A DNA stretch of 64,000 bases from Myxococcales bacterium (lineage in GTDB: Bacteria; Myxococcota_A; Polyangia; Polyangiales; DASUME01). Shown piece after piece: positions 1-8,279 of this stretch. Position 1 is the first letter of the stretch. Each line of letters opens with the position of its first letter. A program made the position numbers and the translations under genes. The notes under the pieces were generated by a model. That model worked only from the letters and a program-made list of their open reading frames with translations, made no database searches and had not been told where the DNA came from. The DNA lies in NCBI GenBank assembly GCA_047601445.1, contig JASGJH010000001.1, positions 5,216,001 to 5,280,000 on the forward strand, in the 5' to 3' direction.

Positions 1-482
1 CCTATTTGGGGACAGTTCTACTGGACGTGGATCCGAGTACGGCCGACATCACGGTCGACGGTGCGAGCGTGCAGCTCGATGCATCGCGCACGCTGTTACT
101 GGCCGTCGGGGAGCACTCCTTCGAGGTCACCGCGGAGGGACGACTTCCCGTGCGGCAGACCCTGAGCATCAAGGGCGGGCAAAGCGAGACCTTACACATC
201 ACGCTCCAGCCCGTACCGGACCCGCACGCCGTGGCCGCCGCGGCGGACCCCGACCCCGCGCCCAGCCGGCCCGAGCACGGCTCTCCGCAGCGCGTGGACA
301 CTCCGCTCTACAAAAAGTGGTGGCTCTGGACCGCAGCCGGCGTGGTGCTTGCCGCGGCGGCCACCACCACGGCGATCCTACTCACGCGCGACACGAGCAC
401 CCACTTGGAACCCGCCCAGTCCCCGAACACACCACCCGGTGCAACCATCCAGACCCTGCAGCTCGCCGGAGGTCAGCCGTGA
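1..482 (+). CDS. PEGA-domain protein, 3' part (5'-truncated by window edge)
   Basis: PEGA-like segment (VDPSTADITVDG...GEHSFEVTAEG), Pro-rich linker and hydrophobic helix PLYKKWWLWTAAGVVLAAAA; TGA overlaps next GTG. Confidence 0.8.
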   Translation, partial: YLGTVLLDVDPSTADITVDGASVQLDASRTLLLAVGEHSFEVTAEGRLPVRQTLSIKGGQSETLHITLQPVPDPHAVAAAADPDPAPSRPEHGSPQRVDTPLYKKWWLWTAAGVVLAAAATTTAILLTRDTSTHLEPAQSPNTPPGATIQTLQLAGGQP

Positions 483-2803
483 CGCGAGCACTCCCACGCC
501 TCCTTTGGCTCGCCTTGCTGGCGCTGTTTTGTCTGAGCTGCACCGAGACGGACAGCGTCGTGGCCAAGACCCAGGTCACGCTGCGCATCTACAACGAAGA
601 TCAGACCTTGCTCGGCGAGATGACGTCCGTGAGCATCACCTTCTCGCTGCACGAAGCCGAGTCCTGGCGCGCCTACCCCACGAAAGAGTTCGCGCTGGAA
701 GGCCTCAAATGGCCGGTGGACATCCCGATCCTTGCGAGCAAGCCAGACGACGAGCAGCGAGAGTTCGAGGTGGTGGTGCGGGCCCTCAAGGGCGACACCG
801 TGCTCACGGAGACCCGCGCCGTGACCCACTTCGTGCCCAACCAGCGCCTGCTGCTCGAAGCCTGGCTCTACCGCTGTCCCGGCCACGACGAACCCTTCGT
901 GTGCGCGGACGCCGCGTGTCACGGCCCCGAGTGCCAGGTGTGTGGTCCGCGGGGCACCTGCACGGCCGTGGGATTCACCGATCCTTCGACGCTGCTCTCG
1001 TTCAACCCGGACCAGATCCCCGACACCAAGCCCGTGCCTGGCTGGGTGCTCGATCCGGATTCGGGTCCCGTAGGTGGGCTCGACTCGGGGCTCGATGGCT
1101 CGACTCCGTGTGCGGAAGACAGTCTGCGCTGCGTGCAAGGCAGCGACACGGAGCGCCAGATTTGTCACGCAGGCAGCTGGGTCGCGACCGACGCGTGCAC
1201 GGGAGGTCAGGTCTGTGACTCGGGCTCCAATCCGGCGGGCCAGTGCAGCGACATGCCCTGCTCCGGCGACTGTGGGCCCTGCACGGAAAACGCCATGCGT
1301 TGCGCCGGTGAGGCGAGTGCGGAGCGCGAAGTCTGTCAGGGTGGCAAGTTCGTCGCAGCACAGGCCTGTCCCGCGAACGAACTGTGCGACCACGCGGCGG
1401 CGACGCCGGGAGACTGCAGTCCCATCGTCGAAGGATGCGCGGGACAAACGCCGGGTTCGGCGGTCTGCCTGGGTTCCACCCGCATCGTGTGCGGGCGCGA
1501 TCTGGTCAGCATCAGCGGTACGCCCAAGAGCTGCAATGCGGCCGACTATTGTGCGCAGGGCAACGACGCCGACTGCGCCGTGTGCGTGAATGGTGAACAC
1601 GCCTGCGACGGAATGCAGCTCCAGATCTGCAACGATACCCACACGGGGTTCACCAGCGTCGGCAATCCGTGCACGGCCCAGGCTCCCTGCAACAAGGAGC
1701 TCGGCATGTGCACTTCCCTGATCTGCAAGGCCAACGAGTGGTCGTGCAACGGGGACACGCTGCGGCACTGCAACGCGCTCGGAACCGACTACGTTACCAG
1801 CGATACCAAGGCCTGCGGCTCGCACCTGTGCAACGCCAACGCCCAGCGCTGCAACGTATGTGAGCCCGGCAAGATTCGCTGCCTGGAGGAGGGTGGAAAG
1901 GGGCGCAAGCAGTGCAACGCGGACGGCCTCGGCGAGAGCGACTACATGGCCTGTGCCAACGCGTGCCTGCAGGGAAACTGCGTCGCGTGTGCCCCCAGCG
2001 GCACGCGCTGCGATCCCTCGAACTCCCTGCAGACACGCCAGACGTGCAGCCCGGGCGGCGCCTGGGGCAGCAACGAAGACTGCTTTGCCAAGGACAAGAC
2101 CTGCATCACCAGCAACAGCTCGAGTTCATGCGGCGGAAGTTGCGCAGCCGGCAGCCACGAGTGCAACTCCAGCGGCAACTCGGTGAAGTGCCAGAACGAC
2201 GGCACCCCGGACACGCCCATGACCTGCACGTGGCCGGGCTTCCTCTGCAACAAGAACACAGGCGTCTGCGACCAGAATGACGCCGACAACCTGGATCACG
2301 ACTCGGCCGCGGGCGGTACGGCCTATCCGCAGTCGGACAGCCTGAGCAATGGGCGCATCTTCGCGCAGCCGTTCCGCCCTGACGCGGAGGTCAAGCTCGA
2401 GGGCATGGGCATGCTGGTCCAAGCGGCTCCCGCCACCAATCAGGGCGTGATCTTTTCGATCTGGTCCGACAAGGTCGAGGGCAGCAACCACGTTCCTGAC
2501 GCGCTGATCACGAGCTCTGGAATCGCGACGGTCAACGGCGGGTCCTCGGCCCTCGGAACGCCCGACGCGAAGCCCGTGCTGCACAAGGACACCACCTACT
2601 GGGTGGCAGCCCAGTTCGGCGACCCGGGGATCAAGTTCTACCGCTACACGGCCACCACCAACGCGACGACTGGCATGGGCGCTTACACCTACGCGTCCAC
2701 GACCTTCGGCGTGCCTCCCAGCACGTTCCCTGCGGGCGGCACGTACCAAGTGTCGGCGGAGATCAGTGTGTTCGCTGTGGTGCGGAAGATCTGGGTTCCG
2801 TAA
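479..2803 (+). CDS. Large Cys-rich surface lipoprotein (774 aa) with C-terminal beta-rich domain
   Basis: GTG at 479 after GGAGG; signal peptide with lipobox-like CLSC; many Cys-rich repeats; C-terminal domain paralogous to 8280..11661. Confidence 0.85.
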   Translation: MTRALPRLLWLALLALFCLSCTETDSVVAKTQVTLRIYNEDQTLLGEMTSVSITFSLHEAESWRAYPTKEFALEGLKWPVDIPILASKPDDEQREFEVVVRALKGDTVLTETRAVTHFVPNQRLLLEAWLYRCPGHDEPFVCADAACHGPECQVCGPRGTCTAVGFTDPSTLLSFNPDQIPDTKPVPGWVLDPDSGPVGGLDSGLDGSTPCAEDSLRCVQGSDTERQICHAGSWVATDACTGGQVCDSGSNPAGQCSDMPCSGDCGPCTENAMRCAGEASAEREVCQGGKFVAAQACPANELCDHAAATPGDCSPIVEGCAGQTPGSAVCLGSTRIVCGRDLVSISGTPKSCNAADYCAQGNDADCAVCVNGEHACDGMQLQICNDTHTGFTSVGNPCTAQAPCNKELGMCTSLICKANEWSCNGDTLRHCNALGTDYVTSDTKACGSHLCNANAQRCNVCEPGKIRCLEEGGKGRKQCNADGLGESDYMACANACLQGNCVACAPSGTRCDPSNSLQTRQTCSPGGAWGSNEDCFAKDKTCITSNSSSSCGGSCAAGSHECNSSGNSVKCQNDGTPDTPMTCTWPGFLCNKNTGVCDQNDADNLDHDSAAGGTAYPQSDSLSNGRIFAQPFRPDAEVKLEGMGMLVQAAPATNQGVIFSIWSDKVEGSNHVPDALITSSGIATVNGGSSALGTPDAKPVLHKDTTYWVAAQFGDPGIKFYRYTATTNATTGMGAYTYASTTFGVPPSTFPAGGTYQVSAEISVFAVVRKIWVP

Positions 2804-2815
2804 GACGGACATCCT

Positions 2816-3028
2816 GCCATCTGCCAATCGGCCGGCGGCCAACTACCATCTGCCATCTGCCATCTGCGATCGGCCATCCGCCATCGGCCATCCGCCATCG
2901 GCCATCGGCTTAGCGGCCATCTGCCATCGGCTTGCGGCTAGGCGGCCATCCGCCATCCGCCATCCGCCATCTGCCATCGGCCATCCGCTATCGGCTTGCG
3001 GCTAGCGGCTAGCGGCAGGCGGGTTGCG
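2816..3028. repeat. Degenerate heptamer tandem array, ~30 units of GCCATC[C/T/G] drifting to GCTWGCG
   Basis: Read directly from the intergenic gap between convergent genes. Confidence 0.9.
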
Positions 3029-3040
3029 GCTGTTTGCAGC

Positions 3041-3081
3041 AAAATAGAAAGGGGCCTGACGAGCACCGTCAGCGGCCCCCC
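3041..3081 (-). terminator. Intrinsic terminator of the 3094..5703 gene
   Basis: Minus strand GGGGCCGCTGACG-GTGCT-CGTCAGGCCCC stem followed by TTTCTATTTT, just after the stop. Confidence 0.75.
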
Positions 3082-3093
3082 TCCGTTTCGATC

Positions 3094-5703
3094 TCAGAAC
3101 ACGTTCAGCAGCTGACCTGGCAAGCAGCCCCAGGAGTCGTTGCCATAGGCCGTGAACGACTGGGTTCCGCTGGTGATGGTGAACTCGGTCTTGAGCGTGG
3201 CGAAGCCGATGGACAGCGGGCAGCTCGCCGGCACGCCGACGCTGGCTCCGACGACCTGCATCGCGATGGTCTGCCCGATCAGAGGCAGGTTCACCGCCTG
3301 CATCGTCACGGCCGGATTGCCGAACAGCGTGGCCGCCTTGGAGAACGTGGCCAGCCCCGGCGTTGCCCCGGCGTTACGCGTGAGCGTGATGCCGGTGCCG
3401 ACGCCAGCCACCAAGTCCTTGCCGCCTTCGGAGAGGATCTTCTTCACCACCACGTTGGCCTTGCTCAGGTCGAGGTTGGCGGTGCGGGCGATGCCCGTGA
3501 TGGTGACGTTGCCGAGCCCGAGGGGCAGCGGCGTGGCCGTGCCCACGATCTGATAGAACGGGTCGGGCAGCGTGTCCTGCGTGGACAGCTTCACATGCAG
3601 ACGCGTGGAGCCTTCGCTTGGCACGGAGATCTTGTAGAAGTCGGGGCCCACGCGCGTGATGGGCTTGGTCTTGGCCGGCGTGGTGCCGCTGGCCGGGGCC
3701 GTCTCCTCTTCGATGTCACTGTTGTAACCGAAGAAGTCCCCTTCGTGCGTGAGGTACAGGCCGAAGGAAGGCATCGGGATGAGGATGGCCGTCTTCTTGC
3801 CGTTGATGGTCCGAACGCGACCGCTGTCGTAGTAGGGGTAGACCTCGTAGTTCGGGAAAGCGGAGCGCAGCTTTTGGCCGGGCGTCATCGAGGTCTTGGT
3901 GCGGTCGTAGCCGCCGGCTGCGGGCACCGCGCAAGGCTCGGCCTGAAGCGGGATGCACCAGTCGCCGAACAGCGCGCCACCAGGGAACAGCACCTCGCCC
4001 TCACCGCATAGACCGTCGTCGGTGAGCGGATTCAGGCAGGTGCCACCCGTTCCGATATCGACGCAGGCAGCACCCGAGACGCTGCAGCTCACGGCGGGGT
4101 TCGAGTAGAACGGGTCCGCCTGGTCGCGCAACGCGAGCAATCCGTTGACGTCCACACGGGTCGGCGTCCCGACATCGGTCAGTTGGCGCTTCACCACGTG
4201 CAAGTAGACCTCGCGCGTGGCCGGCGCATCGCCGAGGATAGCGTTCAAGCCCTTGACGGAGACCTCTGCGACCTCGTCGACCTCGGACATGGTCCTGTAG
4301 AACATGTTGCGGAAGGCGCTCGTGTTGGTGAATGGCACGGGTCGCAGCGAGTCGACGCTGTCCACCGAGACCTGCACGCACTGATGATTGACACCGACCT
4401 GGATATTCGGCGATTGGACCTTGCCGCAGATATTCCACTTCGACTTGTCGGCCGGATCGCCTCCGTCGTTCGGGCAATCCAACACCACAGTCGCGGGAGC
4501 CGCCACCGTGGTGTTAACCTTCGGGCTATTTGGCAGCTCGTTCCAACCGGCCTTCGTGGCCACCGCGCCCCAGTTCGCGATGCGGAAGGTGGTCTTGAAA
4601 GAGTTGGCGGGCACGACGGTGGTCCGAGACGCCGCCGCAATGGCCGAGTAATCGGGCGTGAAGGTCACGCGATTGTTCTTCGAAGGAATGACCCAAAACT
4701 TGTTCAGGTTCGTCGTATCCTCGGTGCCGTCGTCGTTCAGCGGAACGCCCTGGATGCCGGACTCGTCCACATTCATGCCCGAGCAGGCGCTATTGAGCGC
4801 CGCCGCGAGGGGCGTGAAGTTTTCGGGCGAGTAGGGGAACTCGCTCACCGAGGTGTTGGTGGGGTAGGAGCAACGCGCTCCTCCGTTGGTGCAATCCGCT
4901 GCATACACATTGGCGGTGCCATAGTCGGCGACCAGGTCCTTCGTGCTACCGTCGGGATTCGTGCCGATGCCCTTGAAGACGTGGGCTCCGACGAAGAAGC
5001 GGCCCCCGATGGTGCCAAAGTCCGTGGTGCTGCCGCCAGCCAAGTTCGCCACGTTCAGACGGATCTCGACGGTCCAGCTATTGTTGTTCGCCCAGTACGA
5101 AATCAAGCTGTTCGCATCGGTGACCCAGCTATCGAATGTCCACTTGTCGGCGGTGGCGATCGCCGCGTCGTATTTGTAGCTCTCGAAGTTGTCCGCCTTG
5201 ACGTGCGCCCCTCGCACCGTGTCGAGGATGACCTTGAGGCCCCAAGCATGCTTGCCGTCCGCGTCCGCCACGCCGAACACGACATAGTCTTTTCCATCGG
5301 AACCGTTCGCATCCGAGAAGTTCTGGATCTGAACGGCCACTTCGTGGCCGTCTGCGCTCGCCATCACGCGGTAGCCGACAGTGGCCTGATTCGGCGAACT
5401 GCCGGGAAAGCGAATGGGCGTCCAGGCGCCCCACCGCGGGTCGTCGATCGCGGCCCACGTCCGTGCCTTCCAATCCGAGTTGGCTTGATCTTCAGCGTCT
5501 GCAGCAGCCTCGGGCCAACGCGGCAGGCCATCGAGTCCGGGCAGTACGGGCGTGGTGGGGACGCCTGGCTTGTAGAAGCAGGTGGGCAGGCCCTGGTCGC
5601 TCTTGCTGTACGTGGGGGCCGCGAGCGCACCCGGCGCCAACACGGCCGCGCCGCATGTCGCCGCGCACGCCACCAGCGCGGCTCGCGAGATCTGTTTTCG
5701 CAT
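3094..5703 (-). CDS. Large secreted beta-rich protein of unknown function (869 aa)
   Basis: ATG at 5703 with AGGAGG RBS; Sec signal MRKQISRAALVACAATCGAAVLAPGALA-A; internal Cys-rich insert; strong GC3 bias. Confidence 0.8.
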   Translation of the reverse strand: MRKQISRAALVACAATCGAAVLAPGALAAPTYSKSDQGLPTCFYKPGVPTTPVLPGLDGLPRWPEAAADAEDQANSDWKARTWAAIDDPRWGAWTPIRFPGSSPNQATVGYRVMASADGHEVAVQIQNFSDANGSDGKDYVVFGVADADGKHAWGLKVILDTVRGAHVKADNFESYKYDAAIATADKWTFDSWVTDANSLISYWANNNSWTVEIRLNVANLAGGSTTDFGTIGGRFFVGAHVFKGIGTNPDGSTKDLVADYGTANVYAADCTNGGARCSYPTNTSVSEFPYSPENFTPLAAALNSACSGMNVDESGIQGVPLNDDGTEDTTNLNKFWVIPSKNNRVTFTPDYSAIAAASRTTVVPANSFKTTFRIANWGAVATKAGWNELPNSPKVNTTVAAPATVVLDCPNDGGDPADKSKWNICGKVQSPNIQVGVNHQCVQVSVDSVDSLRPVPFTNTSAFRNMFYRTMSEVDEVAEVSVKGLNAILGDAPATREVYLHVVKRQLTDVGTPTRVDVNGLLALRDQADPFYSNPAVSCSVSGAACVDIGTGGTCLNPLTDDGLCGEGEVLFPGGALFGDWCIPLQAEPCAVPAAGGYDRTKTSMTPGQKLRSAFPNYEVYPYYDSGRVRTINGKKTAILIPMPSFGLYLTHEGDFFGYNSDIEEETAPASGTTPAKTKPITRVGPDFYKISVPSEGSTRLHVKLSTQDTLPDPFYQIVGTATPLPLGLGNVTITGIARTANLDLSKANVVVKKILSEGGKDLVAGVGTGITLTRNAGATPGLATFSKAATLFGNPAVTMQAVNLPLIGQTIAMQVVGASVGVPASCPLSIGFATLKTEFTITSGTQSFTAYGNDSWGCLPGQLLNVF

Positions 5704-6000
5704 CGAGTTCCTCCTGAGTGCTTTGCTGACGCTGCGCTCCATTCGGCAGCGCACGGATGTTCGGCCCTTTCGAACCAAAACGAGCGTTCGTCGAGCGGAG
5801 CCTCGCCGGCAGAACGGAACCGACGCGCGAGTTGGGGACAGACTCCCAGGACCTTACTAACTTTATGAAAGCTTCGCCGCAACCGTCTGTTAGGGTGACA
5901 AAGCCGGCCAAAAAGTAAGACTTATCCCGAGGCGTCACCCCGCATGCAACACGCGATTGCAGCGATGACCTCTGTTTTGAACGGGGTGAGTGATTTTCTC

Positions 6001-7659
6001 TCAGGGAGCTACGGTCGCCACGAAGGCGTCGGTCTCACCCATGAACGCGTAGCCCGGGAAATTGCCCGTGGTCAATCCGCCGAGAAACACCGTGCCATCC
6101 GACGCGACCGCCATGGCGTAAAGCGATTCGTCCGCCGCGGTCCCCACCTGCTTGGTCGACATCACATCGCCATTTGCGCCGCGCAGCTGAACGAAGACGT
6201 CGGTGGCGTGACCGGTGACCCCCGCTGCGAGCGCGCCGTGTGTCTCCCCGGCGACGTAGAACGAGCCGTCCGACCGTACACTGAGCTCCATGGCAAGGTC
6301 CGACGGATCGACCCCGAACTGCTTGCCCCAAATCGCGTCGGCCGCACCCGTGAGCCGCGCCACGAAGATCGGCCCCGCTCCCGAGGTCGACTCCGCCTGT
6401 CCGACGCCGCAGACGAGCAGATCACCGTTCGGCAGCACCTCGATGTCACCGATGACCGGCGCGCTGTATTCGTGGGTCCAGAGCACCATGCCGGCCGTAT
6501 TGACCTTACTGACGAATGCCTTCCCGGTCCCATAGCGACCGGCCACGAACGCGTTGCCGTCGGCATCGAGGGCGAAGCGCGATGGCAGGTCGTCGTTGTC
6601 GTCGGTGCCCCACTCCTCGGACCAGCTGATGACGCCCTTACTATCGAGCTTGGTCAGCATCACGTTCATGGATTTCGTACCGGAGCCCAAATCGCTGTAG
6701 CTCTCGCTCAAAACCAGGACGGCGCCCTGAGAGTCCAGCTGAACGTCCTTGACCAGATCGATCGACGTCCCGCCCCACTGGGTGATCCAGGCCGAGGACT
6801 TGTCGGCGAGCCACTTGCTCGCCACGACGTCCGAGCTACCCGACAACTTCTGCCCGAGCACGCCTTCCGTGGATGCCGAGAAGAAGAGCTCTCCCGCGGA
6901 GTTCCTCGCAAGCGCACCGCTGGTGTCAGCCTTGTTGCCGCCCCAAATGCGGCTCCAGTTCGCGACATTACCCTTCGCGCGCACGTAGAGGTCAGCGCCG
7001 CCGCCGGGCCCAACCTCGCCGTCGAGGCCTCCACCCACGGTGCCGAACACGTAGATCTGCTCGCTGCTGGCTGCGACGATGCCGGTGACCCGGTCACCGC
7101 CAGTGGTTCCCCACTGCTCGACCGCAACACCGGAGGTCACGGCGCAGTGCTCTGTGTCAGCGCAGCCAGCGCTACCGCAGCTTACGGGCTGCCCCCACGA
7201 TCCACAGCCGTCCTGATCTGCCGAGCACACGTGCAGGCCGCTGGTATCGCATCGACTGCTGCCCAACAGACACTCACAGCACGCGCCTGTGGTCGGGTTG
7301 CAGGTCTTGCCCCCCGAACACTTGTTGGTCGACGGACACAGCGATTGGCCGCACGTTCCGTCCGAGCTCTGGTGCCAGCCCGCCGCGCATTCACCGCACT
7401 TCGCGCCGGCATAGCCCTCGTCGCACGCACAAGCCGCGTTCTTGCAGCTTCCGTGGCTCGAACAGTCGAGTGCACAGGCGTCGCCATCGCCGCCGCCGTC
7501 CTGGTCACCGTCTCCATCGCCGTCGCCGTCTCCATCCCCATCGCCCGGGTGATCGCCGTCACCTGCGTCCACTCTGGAACCGTCGGACGGATCATCTGGA
7601 TCACCGCAGGCAGCGGCCAGGAGAAGACTTGCACAGACGATGCAGCGCGTGCTGTTCAT
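6001..7659 (-). CDS. Lipoprotein with GD tract, EGF-like/Cys-rich region and SBBP-like beta-propeller repeats
   Basis: Lipobox LAAAC; GDGDGDGD tract; CSSHGSCKNAACACDEGYAGAKC; repeats like QWGT..D....IA.D..G..YV.G.T. Confidence 0.85.
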   Translation of the reverse strand: MNSTRCIVCASLLLAAACGDPDDPSDGSRVDAGDGDHPGDGDGDGDGDGDGDQDGGGDGDACALDCSSHGSCKNAACACDEGYAGAKCGECAAGWHQSSDGTCGQSLCPSTNKCSGGKTCNPTTGACCECLLGSSRCDTSGLHVCSADQDGCGSWGQPVSCGSAGCADTEHCAVTSGVAVEQWGTTGGDRVTGIVAASSEQIYVFGTVGGGLDGEVGPGGGADLYVRAKGNVANWSRIWGGNKADTSGALARNSAGELFFSASTEGVLGQKLSGSSDVVASKWLADKSSAWITQWGGTSIDLVKDVQLDSQGAVLVLSESYSDLGSGTKSMNVMLTKLDSKGVISWSEEWGTDDNDDLPSRFALDADGNAFVAGRYGTGKAFVSKVNTAGMVLWTHEYSAPVIGDIEVLPNGDLLVCGVGQAESTSGAGPIFVARLTGAADAIWGKQFGVDPSDLAMELSVRSDGSFYVAGETHGALAAGVTGHATDVFVQLRGANGDVMSTKQVGTAADESLYAMAVASDGTVFLGGLTTGNFPGYAFMGETDAFVATVAP

Positions 7660-7705
7660 GGGCGGTCCCGTCGTAGGTAAGGAAACAGGCCTACTTGTAC
7701 CCTGC

Positions 7706-8269
7706 TCAGCCGGGCGTGCCCAGTTCCGAGAGATCGCGCAGCGCGTCCTGAAATTTCTCGCTCTGAATGCACTTGCCCATCGCGCGCCGAATGGCGTCCT
7801 GCGCCCTCTGCATGCGATCTCCGGCGGCCTTGAGGAGGCGCTCGTTGTTGGCAGCGAGCTCCGCGGCGCTGAGACCCTTCTGAGTTTGGGCCCAACGATT
7901 CAGGTCTCGTGCGTGGGCGTCGACCGAGCCGCCGAGGGCGGTACCGAGAACATCGCAGTCCTTTTGCTCGTCCGAGAGCGCGGTCGCGATCTCATCGTAC
8001 ATCTTGAGCACGCCCTCTTCCGACTCGCTGACCGCCGGCCCCCCATGCTTACTGGCCTCCACGGCCTTGGCGAGGGCAGCTTGCAAGCTGGCTTTTTGCG
8101 GCGCCGGGGTCGTCGCAGCGGCCTGGTCGGGCTTCGCGGTGCTCGCCGCTTCCGGCGTGCTCACGGCGGCCTGCCCCGGAGCGAGGTCGACCGGCTGTCG
8201 CGAGTTCGCGAAGAAGGCGACCGCGGCGACGGCGAGCAGGGTGCTGATGGCGACGACGACTTTACGCAT
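7706..8269 (-). CDS. Small exported/membrane-anchored helical protein (187 aa)
   Basis: ATG 8269 with AGGAGA RBS; N-terminal hydrophobic segment; Cys pair (KDCD...GKCI). Confidence 0.7.
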   Translation of the reverse strand: MRKVVVAISTLLAVAAVAFFANSRQPVDLAPGQAAVSTPEAASTAKPDQAAATTPAPQKASLQAALAKAVEASKHGGPAVSESEEGVLKMYDEIATALSDEQKDCDVLGTALGGSVDAHARDLNRWAQTQKGLSAAELAANNERLLKAAGDRMQRAQDAIRRAMGKCIQSEKFQDALRDLSELGTPG

Positions 8270-8279
8270 GGTTCTCTCC

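Noticed and set aside
2689..3005. Small ORFs 2689..2898 and 2766..3005
   Set aside because: They are translations of the heptamer array and overlap a real gene
5780..6000. Riboswitch or ncRNA in long intergenic regions (also 19527-19634, 44122-44527, 48899-49315)
   Set aside because: Hairpins are present but I could not match any known consensus; needs an Rfam/Infernal scan
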